In this document: positions 27,032 to 36,259 of the stretch, piece after piece
Layout: each line of letters starts with the position of its first letter
Position numbering within the stretch: the stretch's first letter is position 1
Assembly (NCBI GenBank): GCA_035937795.1
Contig: DASZHO010000200.1
Coordinates: forward strand, 8,323 to 72,322
Source of the DNA: Vicinamibacterales bacterium
GTDB taxonomy: Bacteria > Acidobacteriota > Vicinamibacteria > Vicinamibacterales > JAMQPK01
DNA: 64,000 bases
Direction: 5' to 3'
Position numbers and translations under genes: made by a program
The notes under the pieces: model-generated
Told to the model about the DNA's origin: nothing
The model's input: the letters and a program-made list of their open reading frames with translations, nothing else
Database searches by the model: none

Positions 27032-27612
27032 ATGGCGTCCTGACGGTGGGTGTTCAAGTACTGATCGAACCAGTAGTGGAGAAGGATTTGATGAGCGGAC
27101 TCCGCCCAGCCGTAGCGTTGAAGCGGCACGTAGAAATTCAGATCCCCGAGCCCCCGCGACCGGTTGTCGGGGCGCTGACCCGAAAGCGTCACCACCTCGA
27201 GGCCCATGCCCCGGGCGGTCTCGAGCGCCCGCACAATATTAGGCGAGTTGCCGGAGCTGCTGATGGTGACGAGCAGATCGCCCTTTCGGGCCAACCGCTC
27301 GAGGGGCAGCGAGAACACTTGATCGTAGGAGAGATCGTTGCTCGTGGCGGTGATCATGGCGGCATCGTTCAGCGCCAACGCGCGCAGGTGGCCGTTCTTG
27401 CACGCGTCGGCGGCCATGTGGCTCGCCATCCCTGCGCTTCCGCCGTTGCCTATGATAAAAAGACAGCCGTCGCGTTCGTGCAGCTGATGCGTCATGGCCA
27501 CCCAGCGGCTCAGGGCCACGGGCGGCGACAGGTCGGAGGCTTGGCGATCGGTGACCGCGAGTCCTCTCAGCCCTTGTGCAATCGTCTCGACATACTCGGC
27601 CCAGGTTTCCAT
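27028..27612 (-). CDS. gmhA: SIS-domain phosphoheptose isomerase (GmhA-like)
   Basis: ATG 27612. LFIIGNGGSAGMASHMAADA, LLVTISSSGNSPNIVRALE. 194 aa, typical of D-sedoheptulose-7-phosphate isomerases. Confidence 0.8.
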   Translation of the reverse strand: METWAEYVETIAQGLRGLAVTDRQASDLSPPVALSRWVAMTHQLHERDGCLFIIGNGGSAGMASHMAADACKNGHLRALALNDAAMITATSNDLSYDQVFSLPLERLARKGDLLVTISSSGNSPNIVRALETARGMGLEVVTLSGQRPDNRSRGLGDLNFYVPLQRYGWAESAHQILLHYWFDQYLNTHRQDAI

Positions 27613-27614
27613 CG

Positions 27615-29135
27615 TCAGATGACAATCTTTGCGATCGTGAGGAACTCCTGATCGGAGATGGGCCGCTCATTGCAGCGGCGTTGGGCCATGGCTGCGGCCG
27701 CGATCCCACCCGCCAGCGCCACCATGGATGCCGGCAGACGCAGGCACGCCGCAAGGCTGCTCAGCGCGAAAAGCGCGTCGCCACAGCCGATGGTGTCGAC
27801 CACGCTCGTGCTGAGCGTGGGCAATGTGAACCGATCGCCGTGAATGCGCACCCTCGCGCCATTGGCGCCGTCGCTGACCGATAGTTGGTCGCATTGGAGC
27901 AGCCCGGAGATCCGCTCGAGCAGTTCCGGCAATGCGAGACCCTGTTGGTGCAGACACAGTTCCGCTTCGATTCTGTTCAGGCTGTAATAATCGGCGCCCA
28001 CGTACTTCGTCGGCAAATTGTACCCGTAGTTGCTCGAATTGACCTGCGCCATTGCGGCGACGAACGCGCGGCGGCCGCGCGCGAGCTGTCCATTGAGCAC
28101 GGCAACGTCGAGAAGGCCGTGTCCGAAGTCGGCCAGCAGCACCAGGTCGTAATCGTCGAATGCCGGCAGCCGTTCCCGCGTGACACCCTCGAGAGCCAAC
28201 TGCTTGGACTCGAACAGCGGAAAGCCCGTGTCCTTGTCCACGAACCGCGTCTTCACCAGCGGGCTCGAAGCGAGCGACGTCACTCTCACGTTCGGCGGCA
28301 CGGCCGCTTGATCGAGCGCGTTGGTAAAACAATCCACCGTGGCCGCAAAGCTCGAGAGATGCAGCGCGATGATGCCCGCGCCGCCGATCTGCCGGACCCG
28401 CGCAGTCTCGAGGCCCGCGACACAGCGCGACTTCTGCGAAATGTTCTCGACGGTGACGTCGACCCATTCGTCCACGATTGTCTCGCCGATGAGGCAGACC
28501 CGCAGCCGTCCGGCATCGACCAGAAAGCTCTTCACCTGCTCGAGCGTGAAGCCAAACGCCGAGACGTCCCGGAACATGACGCGGTCGTTTCGCAGCAGCG
28601 GGTTGTCCTGGACCGCTTCGGACGACGACAGCAGGAAATGCGAGAGCTTGGTCGACGAATACGTTTCGCCGGACGTGAAATGGATGCGGCCGCCGAGCGC
28701 TTCGATCAGTTCCTTCTCGTGCGAGATGTTCGACGTCTTGTCGAGGAGCAGGTTCGCGTATTCCGGGCCCTTGATGTACACGTCCGGCTGCAGCGCACGG
28801 ATGGCGTCGAGCGCCGATGGCTCATCCACGATGGCGACATAGTCAACGATTTCCAGCGCCGCGATCTGGCGCGCCCGGGCGTTCTCGTGGAGCGAGACGG
28901 CCCGCTTCTTCGCGATGTGGCTGTCGCTGGTAATCGTGACCACGAGCACGTCGCCCAGCGATTTGGCCTCTTCGAAGTGCGTGAGGTGCCCGATATGCAC
29001 CAGGTCGAAGGCGCCGTGGCAGAGGATGATCTTCTTGTCGCGGAGACGCTCGCGAATCTTCGGGAGCTCCTCGAGCGTCACGATCTTGTCGCGCTGATCG
29101 ACGCGATCGACGGTGCCGGTACGGCTTGGCGTCAT
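27615..29135 (-). CDS. Bifunctional heptose kinase / nucleotidyltransferase (HldE/RfaE-like) with inverted domain order
   Basis: ATG 29135 overlaps the upstream stop (ATGA). The N-terminal block IILCHGAFDLVHIGHLTHFEEAKSLGDVLVVTITSD is cytidylyltransferase-like. The C-terminal block ending DTIGCGDALFA is PfkB/ribokinase-like. Confidence 0.75.
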   Translation of the reverse strand: MTPSRTGTVDRVDQRDKIVTLEELPKIRERLRDKKIILCHGAFDLVHIGHLTHFEEAKSLGDVLVVTITSDSHIAKKRAVSLHENARARQIAALEIVDYVAIVDEPSALDAIRALQPDVYIKGPEYANLLLDKTSNISHEKELIEALGGRIHFTSGETYSSTKLSHFLLSSSEAVQDNPLLRNDRVMFRDVSAFGFTLEQVKSFLVDAGRLRVCLIGETIVDEWVDVTVENISQKSRCVAGLETARVRQIGGAGIIALHLSSFAATVDCFTNALDQAAVPPNVRVTSLASSPLVKTRFVDKDTGFPLFESKQLALEGVTRERLPAFDDYDLVLLADFGHGLLDVAVLNGQLARGRRAFVAAMAQVNSSNYGYNLPTKYVGADYYSLNRIEAELCLHQQGLALPELLERISGLLQCDQLSVSDGANGARVRIHGDRFTLPTLSTSVVDTIGCGDALFALSSLAACLRLPASMVALAGGIAAAAMAQRRCNERPISDQEFLTIAKIVI

Positions 29136-29845
29136 TTGCCGGCGGCTCCCCACTCGAGACCGCACAGCAGCTTCAGCGTTCGCATCACATCGATGGCATT
29201 CTTCATCCGAAAGGCCTTGCTTTCGCCGCGTTCGCGTTCGGTCAGGTCCATGGGCACCTCGATGAACGTTTTCGTCAGGCGCAGAGCCCTGACGAGCACT
29301 TCCGCCTGGAAGCCATAACCGGTCGACTGGATCGTCAGGCTCTTCAGTACTCCGGCTCGGTGAATCTGCAGGCCGTTATAGTACTTCAGTCGGCGGCCGG
29401 TGATCACATTCACGATGAACGTGAACGTCTTGGAGATGACCGTCCGCATCAGCGGGCGCGAATGCCACATATCGCGCGTGTAGCCGATGATGATGTCGGC
29501 ATCTCCGACGTGAGCAAATAGCTCGCCGAGCGTCGCCGCGCCCCAGGCGTTGTCGCCGTGGACCATGACTGCGTGGGCGAGCGACGCGGCCTCCACGCCG
29601 CGGCGGTACGACCAGCCGAAGCCCATGTTCCGTTCGTTCTTCAACAGCTGTACGTTCGAGAAGCGAGACAAAGACGACGCCACGAGATCGGCGGTATTGT
29701 CGCGGCTGCCGTCGTCGATCACCAGGATCTCATAGGGAAGCGATAACGGCGCCAGCGCCGTTGTGACGTTCTCGAGAGTCGCCAGGATGTTTTCGTACTC
29801 GTTGTACGCGGGAATGATCACGGACAGGGACCGTGCCTGGTTCAT
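29132..29845 (-). CDS. Glycosyltransferase family 2, DPM1/GtrB/ArnC-like (candidate polyprenyl-phosphate sugar synthase)
   Basis: ATG 29845. LSVIIPAYNEYENILATLENV...ILVIDDGSRDNT. About 237 aa with no obvious TM segment. Confidence 0.8.
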   Translation of the reverse strand: MNQARSLSVIIPAYNEYENILATLENVTTALAPLSLPYEILVIDDGSRDNTADLVASSLSRFSNVQLLKNERNMGFGWSYRRGVEAASLAHAVMVHGDNAWGAATLGELFAHVGDADIIIGYTRDMWHSRPLMRTVISKTFTFIVNVITGRRLKYYNGLQIHRAGVLKSLTIQSTGYGFQAEVLVRALRLTKTFIEVPMDLTERERGESKAFRMKNAIDVMRTLKLLCGLEWGAAGK

Positions 29846-29981
29846 ATGTCAAATACGACACGATAGCACAGGGCGTCGCCGTTCCTTGATTCAAACGCGG
29901 GCGTTGTGCCACGCTCTCCGGCACGTGAATAGGTTTCCGCGGCGCTTTTGATATCGCAATGACTGTCGTACGCCAGCGGAA

Positions 29982-32735
29982 ATGCTGACGCGATGCCGGC
30001 TGCCGCTGCTGACTCTGCTGACCGGCCTTGTCTTCTGGGCGGCGTCAGGAATCGTGCGTCCGGCCCTGCACGCGGGTGACGGCCTCTCGGCGCGGTATTA
30101 CGACAATCCAAACTGGAGTGGCTGGCCGGTCTTTTCTGCCGTCGACGCCGAGCCATCGACGGCGCAGATCAGGCGCCGCTGGCACGATACGCCGCCGGCG
30201 GCGTTCAGTGTCATCTGGACGGGCTATCTGAGCGTGGCGCGGACCGGTTTCTACAAGTTCGCCACGACGTCCGATGATGGCTCGCGTTTGTTCATCGATG
30301 ACCAGCTGATTGTCGACAACGCCGGTGCTCACGCGAACACCATGCGGTCTGGAGGCGTGCGGTTGAACGCAGGCGCGCACCAGGTCCGCCTGGAATTCTT
30401 CCAGGCCGGCGGTGATTTCGGTCTGAATTGGTCCTGGGCTCGCGACACCGGCAGCTTCAGGAGTATCCCTGCCTGGGCGCTTTCGCAGCGGCGAGTGCAT
30501 TACCGGACAGTGGCGGCCGCACACCTGGTCGATCTTGCCCGTTCAGTCGCTCCTTTCGTGGTGCTCTTCGGAGCCATCTGGTGTGTGGTCGTCATTCTCG
30601 ATCGTGCTGCAGGAGTCACCGCCCTCGAGACAGGTTTGTTCGCTGCGGCGGGATATGCCCTCCCCCTTCTCCTCATCTTCCATTCGATCGGATTCTGGGG
30701 CCGCGGCATCGTGGATCAAGAAGGAGAAGGATTCGTCCTGAACTATCTGGCCAAGCGACCGCTCTTCGCGACCATTTTCGACCCGCGCCTGACGGAATAT
30801 GGCTCGTTTCAGGCTCGTGAACTGAGCTACCTCTTCGACTATGTCGATGCCAGGGTGTTCGCGGCGTTGCTCGACCGGCACGTTCTGTCCTTCATTCCTG
30901 TCAGCGGCGCGCTCGGTATCATTGCGGCTGCCGCGATCTATCTCTACGGCAGCCGCAAAGTCCTCCGCCTCGACGGCATCACCGCTGGTCTGCTGCTTTC
31001 GGTCTTCCTGAGTTCCATCGTCACGCAGGCATCGACGGCAGTCCTATATCGCTCGGCGAAAATTGTGCTCACGGTCGCGCTTCTCGCGTTTCTGTTTCAG
31101 TTGACGTATCTGCTTCGCGAGAACGGGACGCGGCGCAGGTCGGTGGGGCAGCTCGCAAGCCTGTTCCTCCTCGGGTTCGTGATGTCGGTGAGCGATCGAC
31201 AGGGCTTCTTCTATCTCGTGACCGCGACGGGAATCGTCGCAATCTTGTGGATGAAGCAGGACATCCAGGCCGGGCACTCGCAAAGCAGGTACCGATGGGT
31301 CGTTGCGACTGGTGTGTGCGCGATCGCCACCGCGATCCTCTACAACAACCTGCTCGCACCAGTGATCATTCGGTGGACGAACGGGTACGGGCCTGACTTC
31401 TCGTATCAGCACATTCCCTTCAGCCGGCTCGACTGGACGCTGACTCAACACGCCTTTCAGATGTTTACGGCGCAGGTGAGCTTCTTCTTCGGCAATGCGC
31501 CCTTCATCGTCGTGTGCGCCGTGGGCCTCGCGTTTGGCGTCGGCTCCAACAGGCGGCTCTTGGCAAGCGATGCCCTTCTTGTGCTGCTGGCTTCTTCTGC
31601 AGCGTTGGTCGGGCTCCTCGGCCTGATGATCATGCGTCATCCTCCTGTGTACACAATCCCCGATCACGCGCTCTGGTACTACACACTGACCATGCAGGCC
31701 GTCCTCCTGTTTGGCGCCACGCTGTGCGTCAGCCAGGCAAACGGTGCGCGCGACGGGGGGAGAAACCTTGTAGTCTACGTGCTGTTGATGCTGATGATCG
31801 TCAGCAATGTCTTGCATTACGAGGCGCAGCGGAAGGTGATGATCGACTCCATGGAGTGGCTCGGGAGTCAGTACGTCTCATCACAGAGTCTGTCGCGGCA
31901 GTTTGAGGCTACGGAGGGCGGCGAATCGGCCGGCGCCTCGTCGCGGTCGTGGATTCGGCTTGGCCCCGCTGGCGCAACTGCCGAGCTGCCGATTCAACAA
32001 ACAGATTTTCTCGAGATTGTTCGAGTCGCGCACGCCACGCTCGTGGGCCGGCTGCCGCTGGCAGATGCTGGTGGTCCCTACTGGCGCAAGCTCGGTGCCT
32101 TTCTGGCCGGCCCGACCTCGCCGTTGAACGACCCCGCCCAGATCCCGCCGGTCGTGGAAGCATTCCAGTCGATTGGCATTCGCCAGATCGTGCTGGAGCG
32201 AGATCGCTATCAAAATCCGGAGCTGGCACAGGAAACCGCCGAGGCCGCGCTGGCGGCAACCGGGTCGATCCTCAGGACGTGGGACGATGGCAGAGTACTG
32301 ACTCTCGATCTTGTGAATGATCGCGTGGCATGGCCGGATGAGCAGGTCTCGCGCCGTATTCCCCCGCGCGAGTTACAGGTTACCGCCCGGACAGACTCGA
32401 TCCGGATCGACCTCGATCGACCCCACGCTGTGCGCAGTATCCGCATCGAGCTCACGGAACGAGATCTCGTTGGCTACCCGCGCACGCTGATCTACCCGCA
32501 CACGCTCAGCATCGAATCAGTTGACGGGGCGCAGGTTCGAACGCTGACGAATGCGAGTCCGCTCGGGGCAGTCATGAGGGCCCTGCTCATGCAGCCCGTG
32601 CCGGCGTCGATAGAGATCGGACTGCCGCCAAACCGCTGTGGGACGCTCGTGCTGCGGCAGACCGGTCAAGACCGCTCGTGGAACTGGACTGCCCACGAGT
32701 TGATGTTGTTCGAGACAGACGAAAAAGCGCAGTAG
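29982..32735 (+). CDS. PA14-domain / polytopic membrane protein with large soluble C-terminal region (paralogue-type of 4292..6580)
   Basis: ATG 29982. Signal-anchor, then a PA14-like block GLSARYYDNPNWSG...VIWTGYLSVARTGFYKFATTSDDGSRLFIDDQLIVDN...LEFFQAGGDFG. A polytopic body follows, then ~280 non-hydrophobic C-terminal residues. Confidence 0.65.
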   Translation: MLTRCRLPLLTLLTGLVFWAASGIVRPALHAGDGLSARYYDNPNWSGWPVFSAVDAEPSTAQIRRRWHDTPPAAFSVIWTGYLSVARTGFYKFATTSDDGSRLFIDDQLIVDNAGAHANTMRSGGVRLNAGAHQVRLEFFQAGGDFGLNWSWARDTGSFRSIPAWALSQRRVHYRTVAAAHLVDLARSVAPFVVLFGAIWCVVVILDRAAGVTALETGLFAAAGYALPLLLIFHSIGFWGRGIVDQEGEGFVLNYLAKRPLFATIFDPRLTEYGSFQARELSYLFDYVDARVFAALLDRHVLSFIPVSGALGIIAAAAIYLYGSRKVLRLDGITAGLLLSVFLSSIVTQASTAVLYRSAKIVLTVALLAFLFQLTYLLRENGTRRRSVGQLASLFLLGFVMSVSDRQGFFYLVTATGIVAILWMKQDIQAGHSQSRYRWVVATGVCAIATAILYNNLLAPVIIRWTNGYGPDFSYQHIPFSRLDWTLTQHAFQMFTAQVSFFFGNAPFIVVCAVGLAFGVGSNRRLLASDALLVLLASSAALVGLLGLMIMRHPPVYTIPDHALWYYTLTMQAVLLFGATLCVSQANGARDGGRNLVVYVLLMLMIVSNVLHYEAQRKVMIDSMEWLGSQYVSSQSLSRQFEATEGGESAGASSRSWIRLGPAGATAELPIQQTDFLEIVRVAHATLVGRLPLADAGGPYWRKLGAFLAGPTSPLNDPAQIPPVVEAFQSIGIRQIVLERDRYQNPELAQETAEAALAATGSILRTWDDGRVLTLDLVNDRVAWPDEQVSRRIPPRELQVTARTDSIRIDLDRPHAVRSIRIELTERDLVGYPRTLIYPHTLSIESVDGAQVRTLTNASPLGAVMRALLMQPVPASIEIGLPPNRCGTLVLRQTGQDRSWNWTAHELMLFETDEKAQ

Positions 32736-32769
32736 CCCGGCGTGTGGGAGCCACACCCGCCCGAGGCTG

Positions 32770-32778
32770 TGCTATAGT
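32770..32778 (+). promoter_or_regulatory. Extended -10 element (TGcTATAGT) upstream of lipoprotein P3
   Basis: TGC at 32770-32772 followed by TATAGT at 32773-32778. There is no good -35. It lies ~100 nt upstream of ATG 32881. Confidence 0.35.
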
Positions 32779-32880
32779 AGTTGACGCTCGTTCTGCCCGG
32801 GATTGTTCCGGCCCAGGTCCCCAGCCTGGCTTGGTAAAGCGTTTCCACCCTGCATCCGATAGTCAGAAGCACAACCATCG

Positions 32881-34038
32881 ATGAAAAACGTCTTGTGTCT
32901 CCTCGTCGCATTCGCCGCCTTTTCAGCGTTCGCCGGCTGCAGCTTCCAACATTCGAGTAGTTCGCTGCTCCCAACGAATCCGTCCAGTCTGCCGAGCGCA
33001 AGTATCGCGGCCACCATGCCGGCCACCCCGGTCACCGTGTCGTCGGAACCGTCGCTGATGGGCAATTGGGCTTCCCAGAGCATCGCCGCACCGAACCCCA
33101 AATCCTGCAGCAACTTTCAGTGGAGCGTGACAAGCCAGACGACGGCATCGCTCAGCGGCACTTTTTCAGCCGTGTGCGCCGGTGGCGTGACCATCTCCGG
33201 CACGGCTTCGGGGCAGTTGGTCAACACCACAACCGTGCCAATCACGGTCACCGGAAACGCGAGTCTGCCGGCATTCCCGTCCTGTCCGTTTTCGCTGAGC
33301 GGCACGGGTACGATTGAAGACAGCGGCAATACGCTCACCGTGCCGTACACCGGCACGACATGTCTCGGCCCCGTGAGCGGCACTGAAAGGTTGCACCGGC
33401 CGCAGCCCGCAACACCGGTTGTGATCCAGGCCCCGGTCCTCGTTGCGCCCGAGCCGAACGCGATGGTCACGACCCTCCAGCCGCAGCTTGCCGTGACGGA
33501 TGCCGTTCGCACGGGTCCGGCAGGTGCCGTGACGTACCTCTTCGAAGTCGCAACCGACGCACCGTTCTCGAACAAGATAGGGTCGTGGATGACTGCGGAA
33601 CAACCAGGTCAGACGACCTTCATCGTGCCCCAGCCCCTCGCAAGCAACACGGTCTACTACTGGCACGTCCAGGCGCACGACCCGGCGACGGCCGGTCCGT
33701 GGTCGGCGACCCAAGGCTTCCAAACACCGGCGCCGGCGCCCCCGCCGCCACCTGCCGTGCTCTTCGATCATGCGTGGACTGGCACCGTCGAGCTCCAGCT
33801 GCGGGCGCTGCTCGCGAGTGGCCTCGCCAGACCTGACGGTTCGAACGGCCAGGCCGTGGTCGACAGGCTGAACGCGATGGGTGGGATCTACGCGGGTGCT
33901 GAGTTCCAGCCGCATCACAACGGGGTGGGCGACCCGACGTACGGCTTCGGATGGTTCTACGTTTCGTACGTCCCGGTCGGCGCCGGGACGAATTTGTATC
34001 AGATCATCGAGTTTGGAACGCCTCCACCAGGGGACTAG
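32881..34038 (+). CDS. Lipoprotein P3: Cys-containing N-terminal module, one 'YYW' repeat, conserved C-terminal domain
   Basis: MKNVLCLLVAFAAFSAFAGC is a signal peptide with lipobox FAGC. Ser/Pro/Thr-rich linker; repeat ending VYYWHVQA. The last 93 aa are 71/93 identical to P1 by hand alignment. Confidence 0.8.
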   Translation: MKNVLCLLVAFAAFSAFAGCSFQHSSSSLLPTNPSSLPSASIAATMPATPVTVSSEPSLMGNWASQSIAAPNPKSCSNFQWSVTSQTTASLSGTFSAVCAGGVTISGTASGQLVNTTTVPITVTGNASLPAFPSCPFSLSGTGTIEDSGNTLTVPYTGTTCLGPVSGTERLHRPQPATPVVIQAPVLVAPEPNAMVTTLQPQLAVTDAVRTGPAGAVTYLFEVATDAPFSNKIGSWMTAEQPGQTTFIVPQPLASNTVYYWHVQAHDPATAGPWSATQGFQTPAPAPPPPPAVLFDHAWTGTVELQLRALLASGLARPDGSNGQAVVDRLNAMGGIYAGAEFQPHHNGVGDPTYGFGWFYVSYVPVGAGTNLYQIIEFGTPPPGD

Positions 34039-35218
34039 ACCTCACTTGCGTCTGGACCTCCAGGGCATGCTCCGCCGCGTAAGGCAGCGTGACGAGCACG
34101 AGAAACAACATCAGGAATTCCGAGTCGCCGAAATTGTATTCGAACAATCCGGCGGCCAACATCGCCGCCAGGGCTGCCACTGCGGCGGCTGGAAACATCG
34201 GCTCTGCTGCGCGTCGTAGTTTTTTCGTCAGATCCAGAGCCAGCGAGAGCACGAACCACAGCCAGGCGCCAAGAGCGGGCAAGCCCCGCTCGGCCGCGAT
34301 CTGGACCAGCACGTTGTGGAGATGCTGGTTGTTGTGGAAAGGATCGGTCGGGGCACGGTATTCAGCGTAACGTTCCTCGACCATGTTGGGGCCAAGGCCC
34401 ACCAGCGGATGCGCCGCGACCATGCGCGCCCCCTCGCGCAGCATGGCGATCCGTTCGATATTGGTCACATCTACGGGATCGAAGATCGAATAGAAGCGAT
34501 GCGTGACGCCGTGGGGGGCGAGCGCGAAGAACGCCGCCGCCAGAAATGGAAGGACGACGAGCAGCCGGACGTCCTTCAGGCTGAGTAACACTCCGAGTCC
34601 GGCGAGCGTCCCAATCCAGGCGCTGCGGGTAAAGGTCAGCGTCAGGGCGACGAGCAGCAGCGACAGACTCAGCGCCGGCCAGAGTCGCCGTCGGCCGAAC
34701 AACAGCTGGGCGGCCGCCGCGCAAACGACGAGCATCATCAGCCCGGAGTAGGTCATGTAGTGGCCCATGACGCCGTGGGGTCTCCGGGCCAGATTGTCGT
34801 ATCCCATCAGGGCGTACTGCAGAATTCCGATCGTCGCGCTGGCCGCGCCCACGACAATGATCACCGTGAGCACCGCCCTGGCGCGCCGTCCTCTGGCAAG
34901 CTGATACACCGCCGGGACCACCAGAAAGAGCACAAGCTGCTTGCACGCCATGAGGCTCACGCGCGGGTCGCTGGAGAAACCGGTCGACACCACCGTCGCG
35001 ACAGCGTAGGCAATCAGCGGAACGAACATCGCCGGGGCCTCGATTCGCCGGCGTTCCCCGAACAGCCAGATCACCCAGAGCACGAGCAGCACCGCCAGCA
35101 GGAGTTCTGCGGCAGCAATCGAGACCTGGACCGCCGCCGCGAAACCGAGGAGCACCCCGGCCCTCGCGAGCTCGAATCTGTCCTGATAAGGCGCGTCTGT
35201 GTTGGCTGTGTGCATCAA
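34004..35218 (-). CDS. O-antigen ligase / Wzy_C-family membrane protein
   Basis: 10-12 TM segments. LTFTRSAWIGTLAGLGVLL resembles the Wzy_C loop motif. Start is TTG 35218 or ATG 35215. The 3' end overlaps the convergent P3 gene by 35 nt. Confidence 0.75.
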   Translation of the reverse strand: MMHTANTDAPYQDRFELARAGVLLGFAAAVQVSIAAAELLLAVLLVLWVIWLFGERRRIEAPAMFVPLIAYAVATVVSTGFSSDPRVSLMACKQLVLFLVVPAVYQLARGRRARAVLTVIIVVGAASATIGILQYALMGYDNLARRPHGVMGHYMTYSGLMMLVVCAAAAQLLFGRRRLWPALSLSLLLVALTLTFTRSAWIGTLAGLGVLLSLKDVRLLVVLPFLAAAFFALAPHGVTHRFYSIFDPVDVTNIERIAMLREGARMVAAHPLVGLGPNMVEERYAEYRAPTDPFHNNQHLHNVLVQIAAERGLPALGAWLWFVLSLALDLTKKLRRAAEPMFPAAAVAALAAMLAAGLFEYNFGDSEFLMLFLVLVTLPYAAEHALEVQTQVRSSPLVEAFQTR

Positions 35219-35242
35219 ATCCTGGGTTCAACCCGTATTGGC

Positions 35243-36226
35243 TCAGTCCGGCGAGGCCGATGGGATCGGCTGCGGCGCGGGCCCGAGGTAGTAGAGAGCC
35301 CCGGGAAGGTTGGCGAGAATCCCCAGCGCCACAAAGAGCACCGAGAGCGCGAACGCCTCGGCGCCGGACGTGCCGGCTCGCCTGAACAGCCAGACGAACG
35401 CCGCCTGACTCGTACCGATGCCATTGGCGGTGATCGGCAGGAACATGATCAGAAGAATCAGCGGAATGAAGGCGAAATAGGTGAGGCTGGGCTGCTGAAT
35501 CCCGAGCGCCACTCCGAGGTAATACGCCTGGAGCACGCGCAGGATTTGCACGGTCACCGAGCCGACGAGCACCGCGCTGAGCGCGTCGTGGTGCTTCGCA
35601 TACCGTCTGATAGAGGCAATCAGCGAGCCCGCCGCCTGGCGCAGCCGCACCCACGGAATTCGCGCAAACAGGAGTTCCGCGAACGCATCGGCCGCGTTGC
35701 TGAAAATCAGCAGCGCCGCAATCACGCACGCGGCGCTCGTGACGCCCAGCGCCAGCATCACGCCGGGGTTCGCAGCCAGATCGCGGGCGATGGCCAGGCC
35801 GGCCAGCGCCATGATCAACACCGACAGGACGCCGAGCATCCGGTCCACGAAGACCGACGCCATGGCGTCGGCGATGGGAACGCGGTGATTGGACAGGCTG
35901 TACGCGCGAACGGCGTCGCCGCCGATACTCGCCGGCAGAAATGTCCCGACGAACGTGCTGACAAAGAAAATTCGAAGCACGGCGCGCCATGGGGGAAAGT
36001 GCCCTCCTTCGAGCGGCCGCAGGAGGACAAACCAGCGATACGCCATCAACGTGCGATCGGCGAGAACCAGCAGAACCGCGACGAGCAGTGGCGCGACCGA
36101 GGCTTGCGTGCAGATCCGCCACACATCCTGGGGATTGCTTTTCCAGAGGGTGTAGCCGACAAGAACAGCCGCGAAGATGAGGCGAGAAATACCGTTGAGG
36201 GTTGGCCGCTTCACACGCCGCCGCAT
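35243..36226 (-). CDS. UPF0104 / MprF-type flippase-like transmembrane protein
   Basis: ATG 36226; polytopic, 327 aa. FAAVLVGYTLWKSNPQDVW...LADRTLMAYRWFVLLRP is typical of the lysyl-PG-synthase TM (flippase-like) family, from memory. Confidence 0.7.
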   Translation of the reverse strand: MRRRVKRPTLNGISRLIFAAVLVGYTLWKSNPQDVWRICTQASVAPLLVAVLLVLADRTLMAYRWFVLLRPLEGGHFPPWRAVLRIFFVSTFVGTFLPASIGGDAVRAYSLSNHRVPIADAMASVFVDRMLGVLSVLIMALAGLAIARDLAANPGVMLALGVTSAACVIAALLIFSNAADAFAELLFARIPWVRLRQAAGSLIASIRRYAKHHDALSAVLVGSVTVQILRVLQAYYLGVALGIQQPSLTYFAFIPLILLIMFLPITANGIGTSQAAFVWLFRRAGTSGAEAFALSVLFVALGILANLPGALYYLGPAPQPIPSASPD

Positions 36227-36259
36227 AGTAGCACGAAACCTGGGCTACAATCGGCGTGG

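Noticed and set aside
27885-29318. 477-aa plus-strand ORF antisense to the HldE-like gene. Similar long antisense frames occur at 36245..37690, 39688..40932, 13372..14487, 5420..6379 and 6510..7505.
   Set aside because: In every case the opposite-strand or other-frame gene has clear family motifs. The antisense translation is compositionally biased.
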